DNA from: Rhodospirillales bacterium
Lineage (GTDB): Bacteria > Pseudomonadota > Alphaproteobacteria > JAJFIK01
Length of the DNA: 64,000 bases
Direction: 5' to 3'
NCBI GenBank assembly: GCA_021775005.1
Contig: JAJFIK010000080.1
Span: 2,014 to 66,013, forward strand
Shown: positions 1-9,883 of the stretch, piece after piece
Layout: the number at the start of each line of letters is the position of its first letter
Numbering within the stretch: position 1 is the stretch's first letter
The notes under the pieces: generated by a model
Database searches by the model: none
What the model saw: the letters and a program-made list of their open reading frames with translations, nothing else
What the model was told of the DNA's origin: nothing
Translations under genes and position numbers: made by a program

Positions 1-684
1 CGACTGGAGGAGCGCCAAAGCCAGCTACGCATCGCCAATGCCGAGCGCGCTTCCGCTGCGGCAGCCCTTCAGCAAGCGAACAAAAACCTTGAAGACACGA
101 TGATAGGCGCGCCATTTCGCGGGGTTGTCACGGCCCGCTATGTGGATGAAGGGGTCTATATGTCAACGCGGATCGGCGGCGGCCTGGGTGGGGGCTCGGC
201 GGTTGTTCGTCTTCAACAGATCGATAGTGTAGCTGCGATCGTTCAAGTTCCCGAAATTTATCTTGCTCAATTGCGGTTGGGTATGCCGGGACGTCTCTAC
301 ATTGATGGATTGGATCAGGAGTTTGAATCAGAAATCCACATCCTGAATGATCGCATTGACCCACTAACCAGAACGGTCGAAATCCGCCTTGGTATTGCGA
401 ACGAGGACTACATTGTTCGGCCGGGATTGTTTGTTCGGGCTGAAGTTTACCCCGATGCCCGCAGTGCCCTTTTACTGCCGCGCCGAGCAGTCGCCGGGCC
501 CTCCAATTCGCCATATGTTTATCTGTTGAGTGACGGGTTGGCACACCGCCAGCCGATCACTCTCCGCGAGCATGACGCTGAGTTCATTGAGGTGCTCTCC
601 GGTCTTGCCCCTGATGATCTCGTCCTCATTGGGCCCAACCTACCGCGCCTTCGCGATAGATCAGCCGTGCAGGTGGAAGACTGA
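1..684 (+). CDS. RND efflux membrane-fusion (periplasmic adaptor, HlyD-like) protein, 5'-truncated by window edge
   Basis: Frame 1 is open from nt 1 (RLEERQSQLRIANAER...) and continuous with ORF 100..684. The C-terminal beta-barrel/MP-domain-like sequence sits immediately upstream of an AcrB-type permease, starting 2 nt after the stop. Confidence 0.8.
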   Translation, partial: RLEERQSQLRIANAERASAAAALQQANKNLEDTMIGAPFRGVVTARYVDEGVYMSTRIGGGLGGGSAVVRLQQIDSVAAIVQVPEIYLAQLRLGMPGRLYIDGLDQEFESEIHILNDRIDPLTRTVEIRLGIANEDYIVRPGLFVRAEVYPDARSALLLPRRAVAGPSNSPYVYLLSDGLAHRQPITLREHDAEFIEVLSGLAPDDLVLIGPNLPRLRDRSAVQVED

Positions 685-685
685 T

Positions 686-3600
686 ATGTGGATTTCAGAT
701 TTTTCCATTCGGCGTCCTGTCTTTGCGGTCATGCTCGTGACGGCGCTAATCTCGCTTGGTTACATTTCATTGGGGCGGCTGGGCGTTGATCTTTTTCCCA
801 ACGTTGAGTTTCCTTACATCGTGGTGACGTCTGTTCTGGAGGGCGCTGATCCTGAGACCATGGAGAGTGAGGTTTCAGACATTCTGGAAGAGAACATCAA
901 CACTATTTCCGGAATTGAATCTCTTCGCTCCATAAACACGGCGGGTGTTTCTCAAGTGCTCATCGAGTTCGCGCTGAGTGAAGATGTGGATGTGAAAGCG
1001 CAAGACGTCCGCGACCGCGTATCGCTGGCAATGGCCGATCTGCCGGACGATCTCAACCCGCCCATTGTCGAGAAGGTTGACCCCGACGGTGCGCCAATCA
1101 TGTCCGTGATGGTTTCCGGGGATTTGCCAATCGCAGAGCTGACCCAATTCGCAGACGATGTCGTGAAAGAAGCCCTTGAGCGATTGCCCGGAGTGGGCTC
1201 GGTGGCGTTGATCGGGGGCCGGGAGCGGGAAATACGAATTTGGCTCGATGCCAATCGCCTACGCAGTCTGGGGCTTACGGCCAATGACGTTGTGCGCGCA
1301 ATCCGGCGGGAGAATGCGCAAATCCCCGGGGGGCGCTTGGAAACCAGTGGCGCCATGCAGGAATTTGGCATTACCACTGAAGGTGAAGTGGGATCAGTTC
1401 AAGAATTTGAAAACCTTGTGGTTGCTTTCCGTGAGAACGGTGGACCTACATTGCTGCGGGATGTCGCCCGCGTCGAAGATGGGCTGGAAGACGAACGATC
1501 TTATGCCGAACTAAACGGAAGACTTGGCGTCTCCCTTGAAGTGCGCCGTCAGTCGGGGCGGAACACCGTGGAAGTGGCGCGCGCGGTACGAGAAGCTGTA
1601 GCCAACCTGTCGGAATCAGCGCCAGCCGGCATGGAGATGGTGATCGCGCGAGATGTATCGCGCTTTATTGAATCCTCCGCCCGTGACGTTGCCAAAGACA
1701 TGATGGTGGGCATCGTCCTTGTGGTGGTTGTAACGCTCATTTTTTTGATGAATTTTCGCGCAACAGTAATCGTTGCCATCGCGATACCTACCTCAGTTAT
1801 CTCGACCTTCTTCGCCTTTTACATTTTCGGTTTCACCATCAACACACTGACGCTTCTGGCCTTGTCCGTCGCGGTAGGGCTTTTGGTGGATGATGCCATT
1901 GTGGTTCTGGAAAGTATCCAGCGCAAGATTGATGAGGGATTGAAACCGCTTGAGGCCGCCTCCGCAGGAATCAAAAAGGTCGGTAGCGCGGTTTTGGCAG
2001 GGTCCATTTCGGTGTTGGCGGTGTTTATACCCATTGCCTTTATGGAAGGCATTGTCGGGCGTTTCTTCCTGCAATATGGCCTGACAATTGTTTTCTCTGT
2101 CATCGTATCCCTGACCGTTGCACTTACTCTTACACCGATGCTGTGCTCGCGCTTCTTAAGCGCCTCTAGCTCCAATCTGGCAATGTTCAATGGATTTGAG
2201 CGTGGGTATCAAAAGCTGGAAGCGGGATATAAAACCCTTCTGGGTTGGACCATCAGCTGGCGCTATGCGGTTTTAGCGCTCGCCGTTGTAAGTGTGTACA
2301 TCGGCGGCATTTTCGCTGGCGCGGTGCCCATGGGCTTTACATCCAAGGCAGACCGAAGCGAGTTTCTGGCCTCGATTGACCTTCCCCTTGGCACAGGCGT
2401 TTCGGGCTCACAGGAGATCGGAAATCGTGTTGCGCTGGCCCTTCTCGAGAACCCCGAAATCAACGACGTCTTCTTCACCGTTGGTGGTGGTTCAGAATCG
2501 CGAGTGGATCAAATCTCGTTCTATGCGGCGTTAACGCCAAAGCAGGACCGAGATATTGACCAAGTCATAATTATGGATCAGGCGCGGCAGACCATGCGGT
2601 CGGGTGCGCCAACAGCTCGAGATATTGTTGTTGCCGAAGTACCCTGGGTTTCAGGTGGAGGGTTGACTTCCTCCGACGTTGAACTGGTTCTTCAAGGCCC
2701 CGACCTTGTCGTCCTTGAGGACCTTTCTTTCCAGATCATGGATCAGATGCGGGCGCAGCGAGATTTTGTTGACATACAGTCGAGCTATGAATTTGGCCGC
2801 CCCGAGGTTCAGGTGGACATCCTACGACAACGCGCTGCCGATCTGGGCGTGCCGGTAACAGAGCTGGCCTCCGTCGTTCGCACCCTCTTTGGCGGAGTTG
2901 TGGCCACAACGTTCGAGGAAACGGGGAGCCGCTATGATGTTCGCGTTCAGCTTGAACCTGACCAGCGGGCTGGCATCAATGACTTCCGTCGCGCTCAGGT
3001 CCGCTCGGACCGGGGGATGTTGATCGATCTGGAGAACGTTGCAGATATTTCTATTGGGTCTGCCGCTGCCCGCATTGAGCGCCAGAACAGGACTCGAAAA
3101 ATATCGGTAAGCGCGAACACCTCCCCGGGCGTGGCGCTTGGAACGGCCACGGAATCGCTGGAAAGTATTCTCGAAGAGATTGAGTTTCCAACGGGCTACA
3201 CCATCCGGTTTGAAGGAATGGCCCGCCGGATGAAGGAATCCGCTGCCGCTATCGGTTTTGCATTTCTACTGGCCTTGATCGCGCTCTATATGATCCTCGC
3301 CAGCCAATTTAACAGTTTCTCCCAACCCATTCTGATTATGCTCACGGCACCGCTTTCATTCGTGGGGGCTTTTGCGGCCATCTATTTTGCGGGCTTGGAA
3401 ATGTCTCTCTTCGCACAGATCGGTCTGATCGCTTTGATGGGGCTGGTAATGAAGAACGGCATTCTTCTCATCGATCTAGCGAACCAAAATCGAATGACAG
3501 GAATGGCACCCCGTGATGCCATGAAGAATGCTGGCCCTGAACGCCTCCGCCCCGTCCTCATGACGGCGCTTTCAACCATCTTCGGAATGATCCCCGTGGC

Positions 3601-3796
3601 GCTCTCCGTTTCCGATGGGGCCGAATGGCGCAATGCCATGGGCTTTCTGGTGATCGGCGGCCTGACGTCATCCACCTTCTTGACGCTTCTGGTTATCCCC
3701 GCCGCCTATACAGTGGCAGGAGATATAAACTGGTTTTTCAAAGCGGTTCGAAAACGGATGGTGGGCTTTGTGAGCGCAATGAGACAGTCCAGTTAG
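686..3796 (+). CDS. RND (HAE1/AcrB-family) multidrug efflux permease
   Basis: ATG at 686 (MWISDFSIRRPVFAVMLV...) is a typical AcrB N-terminus. A 12-TM architecture with two large periplasmic loops can be read from the translation. The ~1036-aa length is canonical. The upstream ORF-track start at 530 overlaps the adaptor gene and was rejected. Confidence 0.9.
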   Translation: MWISDFSIRRPVFAVMLVTALISLGYISLGRLGVDLFPNVEFPYIVVTSVLEGADPETMESEVSDILEENINTISGIESLRSINTAGVSQVLIEFALSEDVDVKAQDVRDRVSLAMADLPDDLNPPIVEKVDPDGAPIMSVMVSGDLPIAELTQFADDVVKEALERLPGVGSVALIGGREREIRIWLDANRLRSLGLTANDVVRAIRRENAQIPGGRLETSGAMQEFGITTEGEVGSVQEFENLVVAFRENGGPTLLRDVARVEDGLEDERSYAELNGRLGVSLEVRRQSGRNTVEVARAVREAVANLSESAPAGMEMVIARDVSRFIESSARDVAKDMMVGIVLVVVVTLIFLMNFRATVIVAIAIPTSVISTFFAFYIFGFTINTLTLLALSVAVGLLVDDAIVVLESIQRKIDEGLKPLEAASAGIKKVGSAVLAGSISVLAVFIPIAFMEGIVGRFFLQYGLTIVFSVIVSLTVALTLTPMLCSRFLSASSSNLAMFNGFERGYQKLEAGYKTLLGWTISWRYAVLALAVVSVYIGGIFAGAVPMGFTSKADRSEFLASIDLPLGTGVSGSQEIGNRVALALLENPEINDVFFTVGGGSESRVDQISFYAALTPKQDRDIDQVIIMDQARQTMRSGAPTARDIVVAEVPWVSGGGLTSSDVELVLQGPDLVVLEDLSFQIMDQMRAQRDFVDIQSSYEFGRPEVQVDILRQRAADLGVPVTELASVVRTLFGGVVATTFEETGSRYDVRVQLEPDQRAGINDFRRAQVRSDRGMLIDLENVADISIGSAAARIERQNRTRKISVSANTSPGVALGTATESLESILEEIEFPTGYTIRFEGMARRMKESAAAIGFAFLLALIALYMILASQFNSFSQPILIMLTAPLSFVGAFAAIYFAGLEMSLFAQIGLIALMGLVMKNGILLIDLANQNRMTGMAPRDAMKNAGPERLRPVLMTALSTIFGMIPVALSVSDGAEWRNAMGFLVIGGLTSSTFLTLLVIPAAYTVAGDINWFFKAVRKRMVGFVSAMRQSS

Positions 3797-4103
3797 ACCG
3801 GGGTTTGCGGCGCGCTACGGGCTATTGCCACTATAATCACCCAGTACTCATCTTCATCCCGCCCGGTGCACCATTTTATATAAGCCATTGATTTTAGATG
3901 GTATATCATTTTGGCAATTTAGCTTCATTTCTAAGTACTGATACTATTGGACCTTGGTTCTAAGCACTGACAGGTACTTATGGTCATTGGAATTATTCCC
4001 GTACTGAGTTATGTAGCGACTATCTACGGGTGTTAATTTTTAAGGTCTGAAATTCGCCAATTGCGATCATTAGAACGCACCGCAAAGAACGACTGATTTT
4101 GCG

Positions 4104-4730
4104 TCAATCGTTGTCAAAAACATAACTGAATTTCTTAATAAGGATTGCATTTCTATTCGCCACTAGCATCTTTGTCTCTGTGTCATAGTAGCGAGCATAG
4201 TGATCGCGCTGAGACCGATTCACTTGCGGTAGTGGTGTTTCCAAATCAAAGGCATCGCGAAAGTCCTCCTCAAGGTTTTCAAAAGTGGCTATGGTATCAA
4301 CTTTGAAGTTGTAACCATTCGGATGCAAGTGTTCCCAAGGTGTAATCTGGGTGTGGTAAGCGACATAGGCCAACGGTGTGACGAACTTTGTTGGGTACTG
4401 GAGAATAGTCGCTCTTTGCCAATCACCTAAAACGAATTCTCGAAACGTTGGTGGATTTCTATACGCAGGCTTATTTTCTGCCACATGCAAATAGCTGGAA
4501 ACGGTCCAATCCCAAGGGTTTCTGACGAAAGCGACCGTGCGGTATTTGCGTAATGGCTTTTCGAGTTGTTTACTGAGTTGCGAAACGCAAGGTTCGGCCA
4601 CATTCATTTCCCGCACCGGATAGGCGACTGCATCCGGTTGCGATCGCAACAGCCTACTTATCGATCCACCAGCAGTTTTAGGGACGTGTACAAAAAGCAG
4701 ATTTCGATCTTTGAGCAGAATGCTGACCAT
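4104..4730 (-). CDS. Sulfotransferase family protein (PAPS-dependent, Sulfotransfer_2/3-like) on a low-GC islet
   Basis: N-terminal FVHVPKTAGGS motif (5'-PSB-like PKTGG) plus a downstream RNPWDW motif. The gene is about 47% GC against a window average of about 62%, and it has no clear Shine-Dalgarno. Confidence 0.6.
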   Translation of the reverse strand: MVSILLKDRNLLFVHVPKTAGGSISRLLRSQPDAVAYPVREMNVAEPCVSQLSKQLEKPLRKYRTVAFVRNPWDWTVSSYLHVAENKPAYRNPPTFREFVLGDWQRATILQYPTKFVTPLAYVAYHTQITPWEHLHPNGYNFKVDTIATFENLEEDFRDAFDLETPLPQVNRSQRDHYARYYDTETKMLVANRNAILIKKFSYVFDND

Positions 4731-5257
4731 GAATCGAATTATATCAGATTCTAGCTGCCAAAAATATTAGCCAAGTATTGTATGGGAACTCAAATCAACA
4801 TTAAGGTGTTTGCAGTAGAGCGGCATCTTCGGGCCAATTTTAGCGGTTTAACTCCCTAGCCCAAACCCCCATTTCATCCCAAACTTGGTTCAAATTCTTG
4901 TTGGGATAGGACACCATTTCGCCAAACATTTGATTTTTCTCAGCTATTTGACTTCTCAGTTTGGTTCGTGAACAGAATAATTTGTGTGTTGCTTTGATTT
5001 TGCTTTGTTTTCCTGGTTCTAATCTCTTTAGGCTTAGGTTTATTGGGAACCTTGGAGAAGATATTGATGGATAGAAATGAACCGCGGCGCGTTCTACTGA
5101 TGACAGAGAATTGGCGCGGAACCGAAGAAGAAAAGTTAGACTATTTGGAACTTCTTTGGTGAGTGATGCAACAACTTGTTGATGATGCCTTTAGTGGCGA
5201 GGGATCGTCCAGTAGGTAATTTGTGGTATCCCGTGAACAAGTGTTTCATTTATTGAG

Positions 5258-6457
5258 CTAATTGAAGGAAAACCTATCCCGATTGGCGAGCGTCAACATT
5301 AGTTCTTTAAGTGGCGTGATCCAGATACCATTTGGAATTTGATAGGGCTCATTGCCTGGATAGACTATGTACCTGTGCTTGATTTTGAGGTCATCACACG
5401 CAATATGAAACCCCTTTCCTGCCTTAGGTGCCGAGGCACGTTTGATCTCAATGGCAATCTCTGGTTTTCCTCCCCGCTCTAGTACCAGATCAATTTCCGC
5501 ACCACTCTGTGTGCGGTAAAAATACGGCCTGTATTGGTGAACATTGTTCTCATCAATTAGATTTTCGATGACAAACCCCTCCCAGCTATTGCCCAAGACC
5601 GGGTGGCTCAAGAGATTCTCAATGTTTGAAATTCCCAGGAGAGCATGTAACAGCCCGCTATCGCGTATGTAAACTTTGGGAGATTTTACAAGTCGTTTTC
5701 CAATATTTCCATGCCAGGGTTGCAGTCGCCTCACAAGGAGTAGATCAACGAGAATGTCTAAATATCGAGCAATGCTTTGGCCACTAACGCCCAACCCTTT
5801 TGCAAGCGATGCCGCGTTGAGAATAGAACCCTGGTGATGAGCAAGCATTGTCCAAAATCGTCTTAGCGTTTCAGCTGGTATTCTAAATCCAAACTGAGGA
5901 ACGTCTCTTTCCAAATAGCTTCGAATAAGATCATTGCGCCATTGCAGACTGATATTATCATTGCTGGCTACAAGGCTTTCTGGGAAGCCGCCGCGTACCC
6001 AGAGTGTTTGCTCATCAGTTAATTGATTTTTTTGAGTTTCAATTTCTAGCAAGTCGATTCCTGAAAGCTCGGCATATGCAATGCGTCCAGCCAAGCTCTC
6101 ACTTGTCTGGTTGAGGAGTTCCAGTGATGCCGATCCTAAAAAGAGAAATTGACCTGTTTTCTGACCTTTTCGTCTCCGTCGATCAATGATTCCGCGCAAG
6201 GGAGCAAAGAGTTCTGGAAGGCGTTGTACCTCATCCAATATGATGAGTTGATCAGGGTACTGATCTTGGAAGAGCTCAATGTCTCTTACCTGATCCAGGT
6301 CACGAGGGTTTTCTAGATCTCGATAGATTGCGTTCTTTTTTTCTGCGATTTCGAGGGCAAGTGTTGTTTTCCCAATTTGCCTCGGTCCCATCAGAGCTAC
6401 CGTGGCATTGGTCTCAAGTAGGTATTTCAGGTGGTTTTCTAGCCGTCTTGGTATCAT
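5258..6457 (-). CDS. AAA+ superfamily ATPase with C-terminal DUF4143 (COG1373-type)
   Basis: Walker A GPRQIGKTT and Walker B IILDEVQ are present. The length (399 aa) and C-terminal region are typical of AAA_14+DUF4143 proteins. GC is low, continuous with the sulfotransferase islet. Confidence 0.7.
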   Translation of the reverse strand: MIPRRLENHLKYLLETNATVALMGPRQIGKTTLALEIAEKKNAIYRDLENPRDLDQVRDIELFQDQYPDQLIILDEVQRLPELFAPLRGIIDRRRRKGQKTGQFLFLGSASLELLNQTSESLAGRIAYAELSGIDLLEIETQKNQLTDEQTLWVRGGFPESLVASNDNISLQWRNDLIRSYLERDVPQFGFRIPAETLRRFWTMLAHHQGSILNAASLAKGLGVSGQSIARYLDILVDLLLVRRLQPWHGNIGKRLVKSPKVYIRDSGLLHALLGISNIENLLSHPVLGNSWEGFVIENLIDENNVHQYRPYFYRTQSGAEIDLVLERGGKPEIAIEIKRASAPKAGKGFHIACDDLKIKHRYIVYPGNEPYQIPNGIWITPLKELMLTLANRDRFSFN

Positions 6458-6509
6458 CCTTGAAATTATACCATGTTATGGAAGAAATGCAAGGATAAAA
6501 TATTTTCTA

Positions 6510-7256
6510 TCAGTCCTTCGAGCCGCCGAACGGGAATATGCTGGGCACGCGCCGCGCATAGTCGCGATATTTGTCGCCGAAGGCGTGGAGCAGATCACGT
6601 TCCTCATAGCCCACACCCACAAAGATATAGGCGGTCCAGATGGCGGCGAACAGCAGGTGGCCCGTCGTCATCAAGGGTGTGGCCCAGAAGAAGATGATCA
6701 TGCCGAGATACAAGGGATGGCGAACGACCTTATAAAGCAGCGGCGTTCTGAACTCGGACTCGGCCTGCGGCTTGCCGGTGAAGCGCGCCCAGACCTGCGC
6801 AAGACCAAAGAGCTCAAAGTGATTAATGAGGAACGTTGAGAGCAAAACCATCCCAACGCCCACGAAGAAGAGCACGAGCATGATCGTGCTCCACATCCCT
6901 GTTATTTCCCAAACCATTCCGGGCATGGGGATCCAATAGGCATAAAGGGCGAAAAGGATGAGCGCGGTCACCAAGACATAGGTGCTGCGTTCCACATTTG
7001 GTGAAACGAGTTTCGTAAGCACGCGCTTGAACCCTTGTCGGGCCATGACCGAGTGCTGCAGGCCGAATAGGAGCAACAAGCCGATATTGACCAGCGCCGC
7101 TGGCGCGCCAGCGAGCGGGGAGCTGCCGCTGTCAACGCTCTTGAGGCCATCAACAAACGGAAGCGCATCGCCGCCCACAAACACCACTAGATAAAGAAAC
7201 GAGGCGAAGAACAGGACATAGCAGACAACTCCATAGACCAAAGCAATGAACCCCAT
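6510..7256 (-). CDS. Membrane methyltransferase of the ICMT/PEMT (isoprenylcysteine carboxyl / phospholipid methyltransferase) family
   Basis: The protein is multi-TM with a C-terminal RHPLYLG...EE..L...FG..Y..Y family signature. The start was moved to MGFIAL (7256) because a GGAGGA RBS lies 5 nt upstream; the longer ORF reads through that RBS. Confidence 0.6.
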   Translation of the reverse strand: MGFIALVYGVVCYVLFFASFLYLVVFVGGDALPFVDGLKSVDSGSSPLAGAPAALVNIGLLLLFGLQHSVMARQGFKRVLTKLVSPNVERSTYVLVTALILFALYAYWIPMPGMVWEITGMWSTIMLVLFFVGVGMVLLSTFLINHFELFGLAQVWARFTGKPQAESEFRTPLLYKVVRHPLYLGMIIFFWATPLMTTGHLLFAAIWTAYIFVGVGYEERDLLHAFGDKYRDYARRVPSIFPFGGSKD

Positions 7257-7433
7257 AACGTCCTCCAAATTTGTTGGCGGCAACACAACCGACGGCTGAT
7301 TCGCGTAATAGGTTATGACCGCAGGGGTAAAAGTGCACGCTGCACTGCATCAAACCTACAGCGCGAGTTTCGAGGCTCTACACGTTTTGAGTCGGAAATG
7401 AGGGCGCCGATGCGGGATTTGCTTTTGCTGGTA

Positions 7434-8531
7434 TTAATCGAGCGCGGCATCCATCACTTCATCGGCGATCCAGAACATAGCTGAACCTGTGCTGGGCAAG
7501 TGAAAGCCGTTGCCCAAAACCACGATGACGATGCGCTGATCGGGATAAGTGCCAACAGCCCCGTGGGCACCGGGCGTAAGCCCCGTATGGAAAATGAAGG
7601 GCGCACCGTTTCGCTCCCGCACATTGAAGCCCAGGCCGTAACCGCCGCCTTCTCCATCTGCGGGAATGACTTCAGTCCAGGCGAGGGTTCTTGAATGGTC
7701 TGAGATCAAAGCGCCTTGGGTGAGCAGGTCAAACCAATGAGCGAGATCTGTGGGGGAGCTTAGAAGCAGCCCTGCGGCGCCCACATGGCTCATGTCGACA
7801 TTCTCTGCGTGAAGAAAGACATCACCTTCCACTGCGTAATTCTGCGCGCGATGAGGCACGATATCGCGGCGGTCATCACTGGCGGAATGGGCCATGCCGA
7901 GCGCGGCAAAGACGTCTTGCTCCATATAGTCTGAGTAGCTCTTGCCTGAGAGTACTGAAAGCAAGTGCCCCAGCAGCGTATAGTTGAAGTTGCAGTACTC
8001 ATACTGCGCGCCGGGCTCGAAATTTGGCGGTGTCTCGCCATGCATCACAAGAATCTGCTCAAACGTCATACCGGACCGGATGAAGGGAATGATGCGCGCG
8101 TCAAACACATGATCGGCAAGCCCCGATGTGTGAGACATAAGCTGGCGTGCGGTGACGCGGCCCATATGCGCTGGCAAATCGGGCATGTAGGTGGAGACGG
8201 GTACATCAAGGTCAAGCGTGCCCCGCTCCGCAAGTTGAAGCAGCGCCACCGCGGTCAGCGGCTTTGAGATCGAGCCGAGTCGAAATGCTGTGAACTCATC
8301 ATTGGGAATGTCCCATTCAAGATTGGCAAAGCCGCGATTGATGACGAGTTGCGGCTCACCGCCAACGGAAATGAGAACCGAAACACCTGCGCCTTCATCG
8401 GGATAGCGGTCAGTGACATAGGCCTCAATGGCTGTGATCTGATCAGGGGTCAGCGCGGCGGCGCTGCTCGCGCAGGCCGAGAGGAGCGTGCCCACCAAGG
8501 CAAGTCCCAAAACGGGCAAGAAGTTACGCAT
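7434..8531 (-). CDS. Serine hydrolase / class C beta-lactamase-PBP family lipoprotein
   Basis: S-x-x-K motif (SISK) and a YxN-like region are present. The N-terminus carries a signal peptide with lipobox LSAC. The stop/start overlaps the upstream MarR gene. Confidence 0.8.
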   Translation of the reverse strand: MRNFLPVLGLALVGTLLSACASSAAALTPDQITAIEAYVTDRYPDEGAGVSVLISVGGEPQLVINRGFANLEWDIPNDEFTAFRLGSISKPLTAVALLQLAERGTLDLDVPVSTYMPDLPAHMGRVTARQLMSHTSGLADHVFDARIIPFIRSGMTFEQILVMHGETPPNFEPGAQYEYCNFNYTLLGHLLSVLSGKSYSDYMEQDVFAALGMAHSASDDRRDIVPHRAQNYAVEGDVFLHAENVDMSHVGAAGLLLSSPTDLAHWFDLLTQGALISDHSRTLAWTEVIPADGEGGGYGLGFNVRERNGAPFIFHTGLTPGAHGAVGTYPDQRIVIVVLGNGFHLPSTGSAMFWIADEVMDAALD

Positions 8532-9037
8532 CAGACCTTTTCCTTTTGTTTCTTGTACTTGGGGTGCACCTGGCAGAGCCGCTCGGTCAGTGAGGACCGT
8601 TCAAGGGCACGTTCCAACCGGGAGATGGCATCAGAAACATCCACTCCGATCTCTTCCCAAAGGGCGTCATAGACATCTTCGAAGTCCGTCATGACATCCA
8701 TGACCGCTGCAAAACTCAGCGCGTACGATTTGCTCAGGCGATAGAGCCGGCGGCGGGCATCTGCGGGGTCGACTTCTGATGTCACCTGGCCTGCATTTTC
8801 TAACTGCCGGATGCGGCTTTCCACCAGTTGGCGGGACAGGCCCGTTCGCCTGGCGAGCTCAGTTGACGTTGCCGCCTCAAGCTCCATCAGGCCAAGGATC
8901 ATAGAATTCAGCTTGGCATCCACCTTGATGCCCAAAGCGTCATAAGCATCGCGGCCCTGCTGCCCGGTGACATCGGCAAGGCGTTTGGCTTTCAGCCCGA
9001 ACATGCGGTCGAGGAGGGTGGCCATGGAAATTTCCAT
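8531..9037 (-). CDS. MarR-family transcriptional regulator
   Basis: Winged-HTH MarR pattern (ELARRTGLSRQLVESRIRQLENAG...RRRLYRLS). The gene ends within 1 nt of the serine-hydrolase gene start. The start is uncertain (ATG 9037 or 9025; the ORF track begins at TTG 9085). Confidence 0.7.
   Translation of the reverse strand: MEISMATLLDRMFGLKAKRLADVTGQQGRDAYDALGIKVDAKLNSMILGLMELEAATSTELARRTGLSRQLVESRIRQLENAGQVTSEVDPADARRRLYRLSKSYALSFAAVMDVMTDFEDVYDALWEEIGVDVSDAISRLERALERSSLTERLCQVHPKYKKQKEKV
9024..9037. promoter_or_regulatory. 14-bp perfect palindrome ATGGAAATTTCCAT overlapping the candidate MarR start codons (likely autoregulatory operator)
   Basis: Read directly from the sequence. MarR operators are typically palindromic and overlap their own promoter or start. 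It lies in the divergent region shared with the phosphatase gene. Confidence 0.4.
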
Positions 9038-9192
9038 TAAGAAAATATTTGCGCAAAAGATTGCATAATGGGCCATAGCCGTCAAGCGGGCAGCCGCCTT
9101 GCGCCGAGCGTGCCGGGCCGCTATGGGGTGCGTCCTTTAGTTTTTTGGACCAGCGGGCACCTTTTGAAACTCGGATTCAAGCATCGCAACGT

Positions 9193-9880
9193 GATGGATC
9201 GACTTTGGGCGGCCTTGCCTGAAAGCTGGCAAGGCCGGTTGACGCCGTTGGCGCGCCATCTCGACATGCTGTTTGTGGATCATGGCTTTATCCGCGCCAT
9301 GTATCTCAACCTCCATCCGCTTTCGGGTGAGCGTCAGATGTGGCGCAGCGCACAGCCCGCCCCCGCGCATATCAAGCGGCTCGCCGCGCGCGGCTTCAAG
9401 ACCATTGTGAACTTACGTGGCGCACGGGACTGCGGCTCCTATGCGTTGGAAGAAGAAGCCTGTCGCAAATATGGTGTGGCTTTGGTCAACTTCCCTGTGT
9501 CGTCTCGCGATACGCCAAAAGTGGAATGGCTCACGGGCGCTCGGGAAATTTTTGACAGCATCGAATATCCAGCTGTTATGCATTGCAAATCTGGCGCGGA
9601 CCGCGCGGGGCTTATGAGCGCGCTCTATCTGTTTGTGCATGAGCAAGTGCCGCTTGATGACGCCATGGGGCAGCTCTCCTTGCGCTATGGCCATGTCAAA
9701 CAAGCAAAAACGGGATTGATTGATTTCTTCTTTGAGAACTATGACGCTCGCAATAAGCGCGACCCCATTGAGTTCTATGAGTGGATTGATACCGAGTATG
9801 ATCGCGCGGAAATGAAAGGCCGCTTCATGGCCAAAGGCTGGGCGAACGTGTTGGTGGATTTCATCCTACGCCGAGAATAA
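9193..9880 (+). CDS. Protein-tyrosine/dual-specificity phosphatase-like protein (CX5R active site)
   Basis: HCKSGADRAG matches the HCxxGxxR(S/T) PTP-loop signature. It is divergent from MarR. Start chosen at MDRLWAAL (9193) to leave an intergenic promoter region; the ORF track's 9068 start would overlap MarR. Confidence 0.65.
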
Positions 9881-9883
9881 GGC

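Noticed and set aside
530-685. ORF-track N-terminal extension of the RND permease, overlapping the adaptor gene
   Set aside because: The canonical AcrB N-terminus begins at the ATG at 686. The extension is simply the adaptor gene read in another frame.

Similar over-extended starts were trimmed elsewhere: 7286->7256, 9068->9193, 13898->13832, 16729->16804, 18211->18355, 23121->23199, 28226->28172, 30471->30504, 41151->41094, 41948->41999 and 62785->62713.
5066-5161. 31-codon ORF with RBS inside the low-GC islet
   Set aside because: It is too short and has no recognisable features to call as a gene. It is mentioned within the islet finding only.
6402-6839. 145-aa plus-strand ORF opposite the membrane methyltransferase
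   Set aside because: It overlaps a well-supported minus-strand gene. It has no RBS and no recognisable domain.
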